A stretch of DNA of 64,000 nucleotides from Felis catus (GCF_018350175.1 NC_058368.1:82276001-82340000), one strand, 5' to 3'; positions 1 through 12,635 are shown, counted from the first letter of the stretch. Program-made: numbers and translations. Notes: generated from the letters alone by a model not told the origin.

Positions 1-2139
1 GGACACTGGCCGTGACCTGCACACCAGGCGGAGAGGAGAAAACCCCAGGAAAAAGAACACTCCCAGGAGTCTGGTGGATGGAAACGGCCTGAAGATAGGC
101 CCGCTGCAGGCAATGGACGCCCGGTCTCAGCCCCCGGCCCGTGGGCCAGGGTTCCTGCCATTCTCAGGGACCACGGGGTGCTGCCTGGAGAGCAGGGCGG
201 TGCAGGCACTCCCTTCCCGGGGCCAGGCTCGCCTCCGAGTTCTTTTGGTAATTGCCATTTTCCCGCCAAACCTTTACCTGAAATGTGAAAACTAGACATG
301 CGTCGTAGAGAAAGGAATACGCGATGTCAACGGACAAAGATAGACACAACCTGGTAGGATCAGAGTGGGGCGCAATCAGAAATGACAGTTGAGTGACAGT
401 TGGCAAGATGTCGGGCCTCACTCATGGTTTGAGGTGGTGAAGCCTGAGCCGGCCAGCTCTCACGTTGCTCTAACGTTGCTGTGCCTTCAGTGAGGCCACG
501 CGCCCTCCATCAGCGAAGCTGGGACCCTGTCAGCCTTGGCACCAGCACTGGGAGCCAGAGCGAGGCCGCGGGGGGAGTGGGCTGGGCACGCTCCGCTGGG
601 GTCGTCACCTCCATCTGTGCCGCAGACTTAGTCCTGACCGCGCTCTGCATTGCCACCCGACCCCACAGACCTCCAGAAGTTTCCTGCCGCAGCACCACAA
701 GAGCGAAATTTCATGGCTGCACGAAGGAGAGTGGACGACGCCCTTTTTCAGATTTCCAAGTCCACACGTCTTCCACAGTCTTTTCCAGAATCTGAAGAAA
801 TGAGAGGGCCATCCGTGCGAGCTGACATTCTACCTCCTCTCACAAAAGGAAAGCAGCGGGTGTGTGGAACATGAGTGTCTCTTCGGGTTTTGATCTCACA
901 CGCTCCCATGACGTTTTGTGGGACCACAAACAACTCCGTGGCATTGCCATGCGTCTTGAGTGGCAGGCACCGAAAACCCACAGCTCCACTTCTTCTCCCG
1001 GGTATCTTTGACCCACTTAGCAGTTCCAAACTACCTGCATTTGCCATTTATGGCAGAGTCTAATTTCACGTCGCTTAATGCTGGTGGTTTTTGATTGTCT
1101 TCTGTACATATTCTGGTCCGACCCCCACAGCTGGACCAAATCCCCAAGAATTGAAACCCCCAGAGGGGGAGACAAGGCTGAGGGTGCCGCTCTTTGCCAG
1201 GCCACTGAGGTGACCGAATATGCCTGTCCCTGTCCTAGGTTGAGGAATAGCATGGCAACTTCATTAGGCCCGGACCCCCGCTTCTCCCATCTGGTCGGCT
1301 CCAGCCTCGGCGCACTGCTCGGTGAACCTGCTGGGCTTGGCCCACGTCAGCTCGGCTCATGCCCAGAGGCTACATGCTGTGTCCGTTCCTGCCCCTGTCC
1401 TGCCACACCCTCCCATTGCAACAGGGGTTTTAAAAAATATAAGCCATTTAACCTAAAGGCACTGCCAGTGGCCACAGAAGGGACCCTGGCAGCAGCCACA
1501 CGCGTGGTGACACAGGAGAGAACACTTGTGCCCACACTCGTGCCAAGGAATAAATACGTGAGCACCTCCTCTTCCAGGAGGACCTCCACCAGCAGGTAGT
1601 GGGGGCGGGAAAGAGAAAGCCGCCACTGTTGGACACTAAACCAGAGGGGATAGTGTGAGCACATGACAGCATAGCCAACCCTGAGTCATCTGGCCAGACA
1701 GACTCCCGTGTGGGGGAGAAATGTTTTCACCTTGCTGAGGGAGCCCACGCAGCAAGTGTCCTGTGCAGTCCGGCACCAACCATACTCAGGAGGCTGGTGG
1801 GCATTCCAGCTCCTGGGTACCGGTGGGCTTGCAGCCCTAATGTCGCCTCCTCCGTGCTGCTCATCCACATCTTCCGATTTACTTAAAGTCAGCAAACTCT
1901 TTCTCTTGCATGGGACAGTCTGTGTGGACGTGCAGACCAACTGCTAGGGCACAGCCTGAGAACGGCCCTCTGTAGAGAAGTGTGCACGCCAGAGAGCATT
2001 GGGCTGTTCCCAGAGACATGCAACAGAACCCGTGGAGGGAACAGAGGAGCAGAAGCAGCTGGCTGGAGACCCAGATAGTGCCCTGTGTGACGGGGAACCC
2101 AGAGGTGTCTGCGCTGGAACATCAGAGCGGAGGCTGCCT

Positions 2140-2497
2140 GCTGGAGGGCAGGATGATACCCCAAAGGTTTTGTGGGAAGGACTGTGTCCCCAGCTGGTCT
2201 AATCCAGTGACTGGTGTCCTATAAGAAGAGGGACATTTGAACAGAGACAGTGGGACCTACAAAGGGAAGAAGGCAAGTAGCAGAGAGGGGGTGATGGGAC
2301 ACCACGGCCCACCGTCAGCCCGGGGGAGGCTGGAAGAGGCAGGAAGAACTCTCCCCTAGAGCTTGCAGAGGGATAGCTGGCCAGGGACGCCTCCATCTGG
2401 CACCCTGGCTGGCCTCTAGCCCTAGAGGAACTAGATTTCTGTTCTACGCCGCCTGGTTTGTGGTGCCTTGCTTCCGTGGTCCGGGGACACTGACACA
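2140..2497 (+). mobile_element. MaLR (MLT1-like) solo LTR remnant
   Basis: Contains TAATCCAGTGACTGGTGTCCTATAAGAAGAGGGACATTTG and TCTCCCCTAGAGC..., and ends GGTTTGTGGTGCCTTG...ACACTGACACA, resembling the remembered MLT1 consensus. The 5' boundary is approximate. Confidence 0.7.
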
Positions 2498-2589
2498 GGT
2501 TTCTTGTGACGGCTCAGGAACGAGGACTCGCTCTGGTGTGGCTGCAGGGCTTCGTGAGACTCTGTGTAGCACGACCAGGGACAGCCCTT

Positions 2590-3950
2590 GGGCCGGTCAC
2601 CTGCAGGCCCAGCTGGAGAAGCCCCGCCCACCCCCTGTGGGTCTGAGCCTGTGGGACCCGGCACCTGTGCTGCCCTGGATGGGGCGGGGCTTCGGGCGGG
2701 GCGGGCCTTCCCGGTGAGGAGAGGGCCTTGGCCGGGGCGGGGCTTGGGAAGGGGGTGGGGCTTGGCCTGGAGTGGGCGGGGCTTCGCGGGGCTGAGCGAG
2801 GCCCCAGTAGGGGCCGGGCTTAGGGCTGAGCGGGACCTGGGATGGGGGAGGGACAGTGGCGGGGCTTCTAGAGGCGCGGGGCTTGGGACGGGGCTTCGGG
2901 TGAACGTGGCAGGGCTCGGATGGGGTCTGGGCCTCGAGCAGAGGAGGGGCCAGGGTGGGGTGGGGAGGGGCCGGGGTCAGGAGCCCGGGGGACCCCAGGT
3001 CCCGGGGCCGGTGGGCCGGGCCTCCTTGGGGCCGCTCCGCGCGCCAGCCCCCCCAGACCAGAGCCAGCGGCAGCCGACCCGCAGGTGAGCGCAGGCGGGC
3101 GGACGGTGAGCGCGGTCGGCGCGCTGGTTCACCGGGTCCCCCCAGCTTGGCCAGGACGCCCCTATGCTTCTGCCGCCTTCCCCCCCTACCACCCCAGGCA
3201 GGCGGTTTAGGAAAAGTTAGACCCAGTGACAGAGCCCAAAGTTGTGCGTTTCTGCGGGTCGAAGTGTCTGCGCCGGGAGGTAGGTACATGGGCGGTGGCG
3301 GACAAATGAGCAGAGAGACGATGAACGTGAGTAGAAGGTCAGAGGTGGACAGAGGACGGTGCGCGCCCGCGGATGGACAGGGATGGGTGACAAGTGGACG
3401 GCAGACGGCGGCCTGCGAGCACGCGGCCTGCGTACGTACGCCCAGCCGCTGACCTCTGGGCCCCTGCGCACCACTCACCGCGCGCACAGCACGCTCGCGG
3501 CTGACCCGGGGCTGGCTTGGGCTGGGACAGCCAGCACTGCGCCCAGGAACTCGCATTAGAGATTCTCACGTTCCTCGTTTTAGAGTGGGCCGTGTTGCGG
3601 CTGGTGGTCAGCGTCAGAGCCGGGGGCAGGGCGTCTGGGAGGCCGGGTCCTGGACTGTAGCGGGGTGTAGCTGGGTCTCCGTCCATCCGCTCGGAGGCCT
3701 GAGGCCGCCGGGGTGGGGCGGGCAGGTGGGCGGGGCCGCAGGAGCAGGAGGCCGGCTTGCGCCTCCGGTGCAAAGTTGTGATTCCTGCTGTATATAGACT
3801 GTCCCTTGCGGCGTGAATTAAACCTCTTGGAATTAAAAATGAAAATCATTAAACACTGGTTAGAAGCGAACGCGGCATGTGGCTTCACCAGAGTGGGTGT
3901 GGGAGGCAGGAAACAAGCCCAGCGCTCGCTCAGCGCAGGCGGAGACTCCC
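2590..3950. promoter_or_regulatory. CpG-island-like, promoter-like region with a GC-box (Sp/KLF) array; no identified gene
   Basis: Very GC- and CpG-rich. Seven GGGGCTT copies, several within GGGCGGGGC, at 2686-2896. Donor-like CAG|GTGAGC at 3085 (+) and GCG|GTGAGT at 3478 (-). Confidence 0.6.
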
Positions 3951-5989
3951 ACGGCTCTCTTCTAGTGAGAACACATGACTAATAGCATCTTACTTTATTA
4001 TTGTATTTGTGGATTTAAAAGGGCACCTCTATTTCCCTCAATGGCTTAATGCTCAGAGCACTTTTGGAAATCCCTGGGAGTTCTCTAAATGAACTTCAGT
4101 GATCTCTGCTCTAGGCCCATGCCAGGCAAGGAATTTTCATTTTGTTCCACAAGGTTTGTGATAAAATGTGAGAGTTAAAAAGAAGAGGGAGGAGGAGCAA
4201 GGGGAGAGAGAAAAGCTATTACGAAATAGCAACACTCTGGACCATCACGTTTCCACCTCAGCTTCAGTGATGTTGGACATTTGCTCCTCCTTTAGCCAAT
4301 GTGCTAGTGTAGGCTGCTGTGCAGGGTTCAGATACCTGCTGCTCGAATTCTGGTCCCTGGTCAGGGTTCAGGTTGGTCTAGAATTGAGGTCAGGGCTCTC
4401 GGCCCTCTCCAACACACGTCACGATCTCTTACCTGCCACAGAAACAGCCACCATCAGTCACGTGTGGGAGGGTGGAAACACCAGTTGGATCTGGGTCTGT
4501 AGCCAGGTCTTAAGGGACAGTTGCTGACGAGGGAGAGGGGCCTCCTGCTCACAGCCTGGGGCTCCAAGACCATTGTCAGCAGGCCTGGTTGGGGGGGGCA
4601 CCCCCACTCACCAGCCCTGCTGGGTCCAGGGACTCTAGTGGCATAATCTACCAGATGCGATGTGGACAGAGTGACACAGGGCAGATGAGTTAGAGGTTCC
4701 CTGAGAAACCGTTTTGCATCTTTACTGTCCTGCTGGGGGTTAGGTGGGTTAGCATTCACGTTGTTGTTGCCGCCCGGACCATTGCAAATCGGAGAAAGGG
4801 AGAGAACACTGGGCTCTGCTTGGTTATGGGAGGTACCACCCCTCCCCCCAGCCCCACCTGACCTTGACCTGGTGCCCCAGCTCCACTCCCCAGCACAGCA
4901 TCTCTCAGCACCAGCTGGAGTGGCCCCCGAAACGGGTCTGCTCTCCACTGGTTTCCAGTTTGGCTCCATTGTGGCCTTCTTTTCCTGCGTCCCCAGCAGG
5001 ACAGGTCTCAGCTCTTTGAGCCAACAGCCCCGGTGACACCCACACAGGCCCGCAGGTTCTGGGCTGCTCCACGGCGCAGCCTGGGGCTGGCCTGCTGAGG
5101 GCATTTCCTTTCTCCACTGCAGATTCCTCATTAGCCAAAGGAGCTCCTTAGAGGGGACAGTTCGCCGCCGCTGTGGGGAGTCTTCTCTCCTGTAAGGACA
5201 CCAAAGAGGAACGGAGCACACGCTGGAGGCAGGCAGTGTCGGCAGAGAGGAGTCTCACACCCATGCGGGGCAGCAGCGGCCGGGCAGCAGGTGGGCCTGG
5301 GGGCTGCTACCCCTCTGAGGCCAGAGCCTCGGATTCCTGCAAGCAAGCTCTGGATGCAGGCCTGTGGGTTTTGAACGTTGGCAACGTTCTTTGCTTTTTG
5401 TTTTGTTTTTCCTTCTTAATCTTGGATAGGGCCAACTGTCAGTTTCCAGCCTTCATACTAGGAGACGTTTTCTGGATTTTTAAAACTAAGATTTTGTTTT
5501 ATATGTTTATATGGAAATACAGAAAATACCAAAAAAGAGAGACAGTTATTAAGGGAGTCACTGCTTAATAAAACCATATAAAGTAAGAAGGGAAACAGTC
5601 CCAAGGTCTCCTTCGAGTCTCTGGTCTGACGGAAGGATGGGGACCGAGGGAGAGAGCAGGGCCAACTTAGGCTGAAATGGTCCCAGAGGCCAGAGCGTGC
5701 AGGGCCGAGCGGGCGGAGGTCGGGTTAAAGTAGCAGAGATCTCTTGGGCGTTGGCCCTCAGGTGAGAGCCCAGGTTAGTCACGACCTTTGTCTCTGCAGC
5801 AGCCGCGCTGAGCTCTGCTTGACTCGTTCCATTTGTCCACGGAACATAATTACTGGTGTGACCTCACCCCGTCGAGGACAGACATCTCCCCAAGTAGCTG
5901 CTCCCCCATGATTGGTGCTTACCGCCCTCTTTACCCTTTCCCTTTTGTTTCCTCCCATACATCCTATGTACACGTGTGCTTTTAGTCTT

Positions 5990-7750
5990 TTCTTGTTCTA
6001 AACTGCGTGAGCAGCATACGGTGTCATGTGTATGTGTGAGGGACGCTCGACTTCACTCATTTTCACAGGTGTTTCTTACTCTGTGGTGGGGTACACCTCA
6101 CTGTTTATTAGGACTCCTGACGCTGGACATTTGAACCGTGTTTGGCTGTCAGTGTAAACACTGGTGCTGAGCATGCCCCCCGGGACACACTGGGAAGTGG
6201 CATGGCTGGGCAGTAGCGTGTGGAGACGCTTCACCTAAGAAAATAACGCCAAATTATCCTCAAAAGTGATGGCATCAATTTACACCCTACTTGCTGGTCC
6301 ACAGACTTTCCAATACTTGCTCTCGTCAGACTTCATAAGATTTGCACATCAAATGAGAATACACTGATTTCTGTCTGTGGCTGGCCTTCATTGGCGTTTC
6401 CCTGACAGTTAACGAGACTGAGAATCAAATCCCATGTGCATGTACTGGCAAACCTATGATACTGTCTCTGCCAAACCGTGAGCAGAGCAGACCCTTCCCT
6501 TTACTTAATTCTTCTTTACTTTTTGTCGACTCGTGTGAAGAAGTCTTATGTATTTTTTTCGTTAGATTTATTCCTAGGTAGTTCACATTTTTTGATCTCT
6601 TGCTAAATGGCATTTTGAAAACCTTTTTATTGTAGTATCACATACGTACATAAAGGGTGAAAAGACCAGGAGTTCACAGCTTAATGAATTTTCACTGAAC
6701 CTACACCCAGATCAGGAAGCACAACCTTATCAGCACCCAGAGCCCCCCTCCTGTCCCCCCACCCCCCGTGTCCTCTTGCCCACAAGTAACCACAGGCGAC
6801 CTGGGTTCATTTGCTCGCTTGGTACTTTATAATAATGGACTCATACAAGATGCAGTCATTTGTGTCAGCTGACTTTTGATCAAAGCAGGGTGAAGGATTG
6901 GACCCAACTCTCGCCTGTGGCCACAGATCTTCCTGCCAAGTGTGACTCCATCACAGCTTTCCTTTCCTTTCTACCGCAGGGGCACCCAGCAGGTGCCACG
7001 GGGGCCATCACCCACACTGCTCCTGTGAGCATCGAATAAGATGCCTCCTGATGGACATGCACCCTCACCTTTCTCGGGTACATTCTGGGACTGCAGTTGC
7101 CGGATCACAGCACTTGTACGCTTGACTTCATTAGAAAATGCCGATCAATTTTCCAAAGAGAGTTTAACATTTCCTGCAGCAGGTATGACAGTTCCAGCTG
7201 GACCACATTTTGGCCAACAGTTCTTATTATCAATCCCTTGGTTTTGGGTGTGAAATGGTACCCTACTGTGGTTTAATTTGCATTTTCCTCATTGCTAAAG
7301 AAGTTGTGAACATTTCACATGCTTCTTAGCCGTTTGGATTTCTTCTTTAACACAGTTAAACATAGTTCAAGTCTTTTGACAATTTTAACAGTGTTCTTTT
7401 TGTTTTACCTATTGATTTGGCATTGTTCTTTGCATATTCTGGATATGAGTTTTTTATTAGATCTACTGTTGGGGCGCCTGGGTGGCCTCGGTCGTTTAAG
7501 TGGCCAACTCTTAATTTCAGCTCAGGTCATGATCCCACGGTTCATGGTGTTGAGCCCTGTGTCGGGCTCTGCACTGGCAGCTGGCAGCGCAGAACCTGCT
7601 TAGGATTCTCTCTTTCTCTCTCTGCCCCTACCCCCGTCAGAATAAATAAATAAACTTAAAAAGAAAGATATATCTACTGTGAATATTTTCCCCAGTCTAT
7701 AGATGTCTTTTAAACTTGCTTTTGATGAGTGAGAGTTTTAAATTTTGATA
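5990..7750 (-). mobile_element. Old LINE-1 fragments (ORF2 and 3' UTR pieces), interrupted by a SINE
   Basis: Minus-strand ORF 6425-6613 reads PFSKRSKNVNYLGINLTKK..., matching the L1 ORF2 KYLGINLTK segment. The flanking AT-rich sequence resembles the L1 3' region. Boundaries are approximate. Confidence 0.7.
7471..7666 (+). mobile_element. Can-SINE (tRNA-derived carnivore SINE)
   Basis: GGGGCGCCTGGGTGGC head, CT-rich tract and AATAAA-rich tail. TSD-like ATCTACTGT on both sides. Confidence 0.9.
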
Positions 7751-7776
7751 AAGAAAGAGAGAAAGGAAACAAAACA

Positions 7777-7781
7777 AGAAA

Positions 7782-7822
<41 letters not shown>

Positions 7823-7879
7823 AAAGAAAGAAAGAAAGAAAGAAAGAAAGAAAAAAGTAAACGAAGGAAGGAAGGAAGG
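7777..7879 (+). repeat. (GAAA)n microsatellite followed by a short (GGAA)n
   Basis: Direct reading of tandem GAAA units. Confidence 0.95.
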
Positions 7880-9385
7880 TATAAAGATTGGTAAGAAAGA
7901 AATGAAGCTTTCTTTGTTTGCAGATTACATGATTGCCTATGTAGCAAATCTGAAATAGTTGCCAAAAAATTCTGGATTTAATAAGCAATTATAACAAGAT
8001 TACAGGATACAAGGTCAGTATACAAAAGTCAATCACTTACCTCTATACCAGCAATGAACAAGTGGAGTTTGAAATAAAAAAACATAATATCAGTTACATT
8101 AGAACCCCCAAATGAAATACTTAGGTATACACTTAACAAAGTTCATGTGTAAGATCTGCATGAGAAAAACTATAAAACTCTGATGAAAGGTAATCAAAGA
8201 ACTAAATAAATGGGGAGATAGTCCATGTTGATGAAACGGAATTCACAACATCAGCATGTCGGTTTTCCCCAGCTGTCTCTATAGATTGAATGCAATCCCG
8301 ATCAAAGTTCCAGCAAGTTTTTGTGCAGAGATTGGCAAGCTGATTCTAACATTTATATGTACAGGCAAAAGACCCCATAGCCAATACACTATTAAGGGAG
8401 AAGAACAAAGTTTGAGGACTGGCAGTGTCCAACGTCAAGACCTACTGTAAAGCTACAGTAATCAAGACTGTGTGGTATTAGCAGAAGAATGGACAAATAG
8501 ATCAATGGGACAGAATACAGAGCCCAGAAATAGACCCCATAAATATGTGCAGCAGATTAGCATAATGAAAAGATGCTCCACATCACATGTCATTAGGGAA
8601 TTATAAATTAAAACAAAGAAAAACAACAGTGAGATTCCAGGGCACACCTGTTGGAACAGCCAGAGCCTGACGCTGACAACGGCCGTGCTGATGAGGACAC
8701 AGGACTGTCATTCACTGCTGGCGGGAAAGGTGCAGCCGCTTTGGAGGACGGTTTGGCAGTCACAACACTAAACATACTCTCACCATACGCCCCAGCAACC
8801 ATGCTCCTTGATTTCGACCCAAATGGGCTGAAAACATGTCCACACAATAATCTGCATGCGCATGTTTATAGCAGCTTTATTCATAATTGCAAAACCCTGG
8901 AAACAACTAAGACATCCTTCAGTAGATGAATGGATAAACAGATTGTGGTACACTGGAGGAAACTTACTTATTGCTAAGTGAAAGAAACCAGTCTGAAAGG
9001 CTACGTAGTATATAATTTCAAGTATGTGACATTCTAGAAAAGGCAAAACTGTAGACAATAAAAAGGCCGATGGTTGCTGAGAGTTAGTGGGCAGGAAAGA
9101 AGCTGTTTAGGGCAGTATCAGTATGATTCTATAATGGTGGACACATGCCATACACTTGCCAAAACCATAGAATGTCCAACACCAAGAGTGAACCCCAACA
9201 TAAACCATGGACGTTGGGCGATCATGCTGTCAATGTAGGTTCACTCACTGATTATAGCAAAGGCACCACTCTGGTGCAGAATTTGGATAGTGGGAGGCTG
9301 CGTGCAGGTGCAGGGCAGAGGGTATCTGAGAACTTTCTGTACTTTGTGCTCAGTTTTGCTATGAACCTAAAACTGCTCTGAAAGT
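7878..9385 (+). mobile_element. Decayed LINE-1 (RT domain to 3' end, internally deleted; L1MC-like)
   Basis: From 7878 translates GIKIGKKEMKLSLFADYMIAYVAN (L1 RT FADD motif, mutated). 8256-8450 gives YRLNAIPIKVPASF. Ends with the L1 3'-end-like GAACCTAAAACTGCTCT. Confidence 0.85.
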
Positions 9386-9551
9386 GAAATCTCCCCCCAT
9401 CAAGTTTTTAATTTCTTCCAAAATAATGCTGAAATTTTGACTGAGATGACATTAAATCCATAGATTAGTTTGGAGAACATGGACAGCTTAACAATATTGA
9501 GTCGCCCAATCCCAGAATATAATGTATACCCAAAGTGTTGGGTCTACTTTA

Positions 9552-9765
9552 TTTATTTTGTAATTTTTTTAATGTTTACTTATTTTTGACAGAGCATGCC
9601 TGTGGGGGGAGGGGCAGAGAGAGAGGGAGACACAGGATCAGAAGCAGGCTCCAGGCTCTGAGCGGTCAGCACAGAGCCCAATGCGGGGCTCAAACTCACG
9701 GACTGTGAGATCATGACCTGAGCCGAAGTCAGTCACTCAACTGACTGAGCCACCCAGGCGCCCCC
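9552..9765 (-). mobile_element. Can-SINE with 16-bp TSD
   Basis: Reverse-complement head ...CACCCAGGCGCCCC. TSD TGTTGGGTCTACTTTA at 9536-9551 and 9766-9781. Confidence 0.95.
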
Positions 9766-9877
9766 TGTTGGGTCTACTTTAGATTTTTTAAAGCAGTGTT
9801 TTATATATATTTTTTCCTATAGGACTTTGCACATCTAAATTAACTCCCAATAAATTGATATTTTTCATGCTATTTTA

Positions 9878-10094
9878 TTAAAAAAATTTTTTTTTCAACG
9901 TTTATTTATTTTTGGGACAGAGAGAGACAGAGCATGAACGGGGGAGGGGCAGAGAGAGAGGGAGACACAGAATCGGAAACAGGCTCCAGGCTCTGAGCCA
10001 TCAGCCCAGAGCCTGATGTGGGGCTCGAACTCACGGACCGCGAGATCGTGACCTGGCTGAAGTCGCTTAACCGACTGCGCCACCCAGGCGCCCC
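9878..10094 (-). mobile_element. Young felid-type Can-SINE (SINEC_Fc-like) with 16-bp TSD
   Basis: Body nearly identical to the copy at 14778-14998. TSD TTTTCATGCTATTTTA at 9862-9877 and 10096-10111. Confidence 0.95.
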
Positions 10095-11342
10095 ATTTTC
10101 ATGCTATTTTAAACAATATTAAAAATTTTTTTCCAATAGTTTGTTATATAGAAACATTGATTTTATTGCATACATAGAGAGAATTGATTTTATTGCATAT
10201 AGAGACAATCTGCCACACTTACTAGTTAGTTCTAGTAGATTCCTGTGATGTTCCACATATGCAATCACATCTAAGAATAAAGACAGCTTAAGTTCTTCCT
10301 ATTCAATATTTATGCCTTGTAATTTCTTTTTCTTGCCTTATTGCATTGGTTAGAACCTTCTGATTAATGTTGAATAGAATGGGATTTTCTCCCAACTATT
10401 TTGAAAGTTTCAAAATACAGTGAGGCTGTAAAATATACACCCATATCTAAACAGTGTTTACCATTTTGCCATATTTATCCCACCTCCTTTATCTCTCTCC
10501 TGCTCCTGCCCCTCCTCTGCCATCTGAAAGACACACACACATTTTTTTCCTGAACCATTCAAAAGGAGATTACTGGCATGATCATGCTTAGTAACTCAGT
10601 TTACCACCATGCCTCTCCTAAGAAAAAAGATAATCCCCTCCACTATCACAATACCATTGTCACACCTAGCAAAATAACAATGTCTTCTCTACTCTAATAT
10701 TTGGAACATATATAATCTTCCCCAATTGTGCCCCAAATTGTCTTCATAGCTTTTTCAAAGAAAATAGTTTTATTGAGATTATAATTCATGTGCCATCAAT
10801 TCATCCATTGAAAATGTACAAGTCAATGGCTTTTGGTATATTATTAATTTCTAAAGTTGTGGTAAAATATACATCATAAAATTTGCCATTTTACCTTTTT
10901 TAAGTGTACAATTCAATGGTGTTAATTAAACTCATATGTTGTGCAACAATCACCACTACCTATTTCTAAACTTTTGCATCACCCAAAACAGAAACTCTGT
11001 AACTATTAAACAGTTAACTCCCCATTCTTTCCTACCTTCAGACACTGGTAATCACTAATCTACCTTATGTCTTTATTAGTTTGCCCATTCTACACGTTTC
11101 ATGTAAGGAGAATCATACACTATTTGTCCTGTTGTGTCTTATTTCATTTACCATAATATTTTCAAGATTCATCGGTGTAGTAGCATGTGTCAGAATTTAA
11201 TTCCTTTATATGGCTGAATAATATTCCATTTTGTATATATATACACCACATTTTATTTATGCATTCAGATGGACACCTAGGTTGTTTCCACCTTTTGACT
11301 ATTGTGAATAATACTGCAATGAACACTGACATCTAACAGATA

Positions 11343-11345
<3 letters not shown>

Positions 11346-11385
<40 letters not shown>
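11346..11385 (+). repeat. (GT)20 microsatellite
   Basis: Direct reading. Confidence 0.95.
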
Positions 11386-11386
<1 letters not shown>

Positions 11387-11761
11387 GTTCTATTAATGTG
11401 ATGTGTTACATTGATTCTCTTATGTTGAAAATTTTTTTGCATCCCTGGAATAAATCCCACTTGGTCATGGTGTATAATTTGATTAAAGATATGAGTATAA
11501 ATTCAAGAAGCTTAATTAACTCAAAGCAGGATAAGCTCAAAGAGACCCACACTGAAACACATTACAATCAAATTCAAAGACAAAGACAGAGAATCTCAAA
11601 GCTATGAGATGTGACTCATCACTTACAAGGGATTCTTAGTGAAACTAAGAGCCAATTTGCCATCAGAAGTCATGGAGGCCAGAAGGCAGTCGGGGACATA
11701 CTTGAAGTGCTGAGAGAAACAACAACAACAAACAACCTGCCAATCAAGAATTCTGTATCCA

Positions 11762-11998
11762 GGGGCGCCTGGGTGGCTCAGTCAGTTGAGCGTCCGACTT
11801 CAGCTCAGGTCATGGTCTCGCAGTTCATGAGTTCAAGCCCTGCATCAGGCTCTGTGCTAACAAACAGCTCAGAGCTTGGAGCTTGCTTCAGATCTGTATC
11901 TCTCTCTCTCTCTCTCTCTCTCCCCCTCCCCTGCTCATGCTCTGCCTCTCTCTGTCTCTCAAAAATAAATAAAATGTTAAAAACAATTAAAAAAAAAA
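11762..11998 (+). mobile_element. Can-SINE with 17-bp TSD
   Basis: GGGGCGCCTGGGTGGCTCAGTCAGTTGAGCGTCCGAC head, (CT)n and poly(A). TSD AAGAATTCTGTATCCAG at 11746-11762 and 11998-12014. Confidence 0.95.
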
Positions 11999-12635
11999 AG
12001 AATTCTGTATCCAGAAAAACTGTGCTTAAAATATAAGGGAGAAAGTGACATATTTCCAGAGAGACAAAGCAGAAAGTTTATTTGCACTAGAGCTGTCCTC
12101 CAAGAGATGCTATGGAGAGCCCCTGAGGTGGGATAGAAAGAGCCTAGACACAGCCAGAGGCCCCAAAGACCCAGGGTGAGGGGGAACACACGGGAGAATT
12201 ATTGTGTTCTTGGTTTGTAACTTCACCTGTTATTTCCTACCTGATTTAAAAGACAAATGCACAAAAATAATTATAAACCTATTGAGCAAATCATGTATTC
12301 TTATATAATGGATTAAACTCACCCATCAAAAGACACAGATTGGCAGAGTGGACCACAAGCAGGGTCCAACTACATACTGTCTCAATCTCAGGACACACAC
12401 ATGTTGGAAGTGAAAGAATACAAAAGGGTCTTACTTGTAATTAGTAACCAAAAGAGAATGGGGTCACTACACTAATTTCAGACAAGACAGATTTTAAGAA
12501 AAGTTGTTACAAGAGACAAAGCACATTATATAATGATGATAGTAATAATATGCTGCCCTTGTCTCCTGTAACAGTGATAAAAGGGTGAGTTCACAAGAGG
12601 ACATAACAATTATAAGCACATAGATATACACACTA

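Larger units (their letters stand above)
9400..11478 (-). mobile_element. Old LINE-1 fragments (minus strand) interrupted by two SINEs and a (GT)n repeat
   Basis: AT-rich sequence with antisense L1 ORF2 and 3' UTR-like phrases (e.g. TCTTGCCTTATTGCATTGG, GGCTGAATAATATTCCATT, ATAAATCCCACTTGGTCATGGTG). Probably several separate fragments. Confidence 0.7.

Noticed and set aside
1..2100. Expected 3' exons of TMCO3, the upstream neighbour of TFDP1 in human
   Set aside because: No TMCO3-like peptide recognised in the ORF track. It presumably lies outside the window.
2597..3556. 319-aa Pro-rich minus-strand ORF
   Set aside because: It is the translation of the GC-box array and island, is compositionally biased, and has no recognisable homology.
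7471..7560. tRNA-like A/B-box sequence at SINE heads
   Set aside because: These are tRNA-derived Can-SINE 5' regions, not functional tRNA genes.
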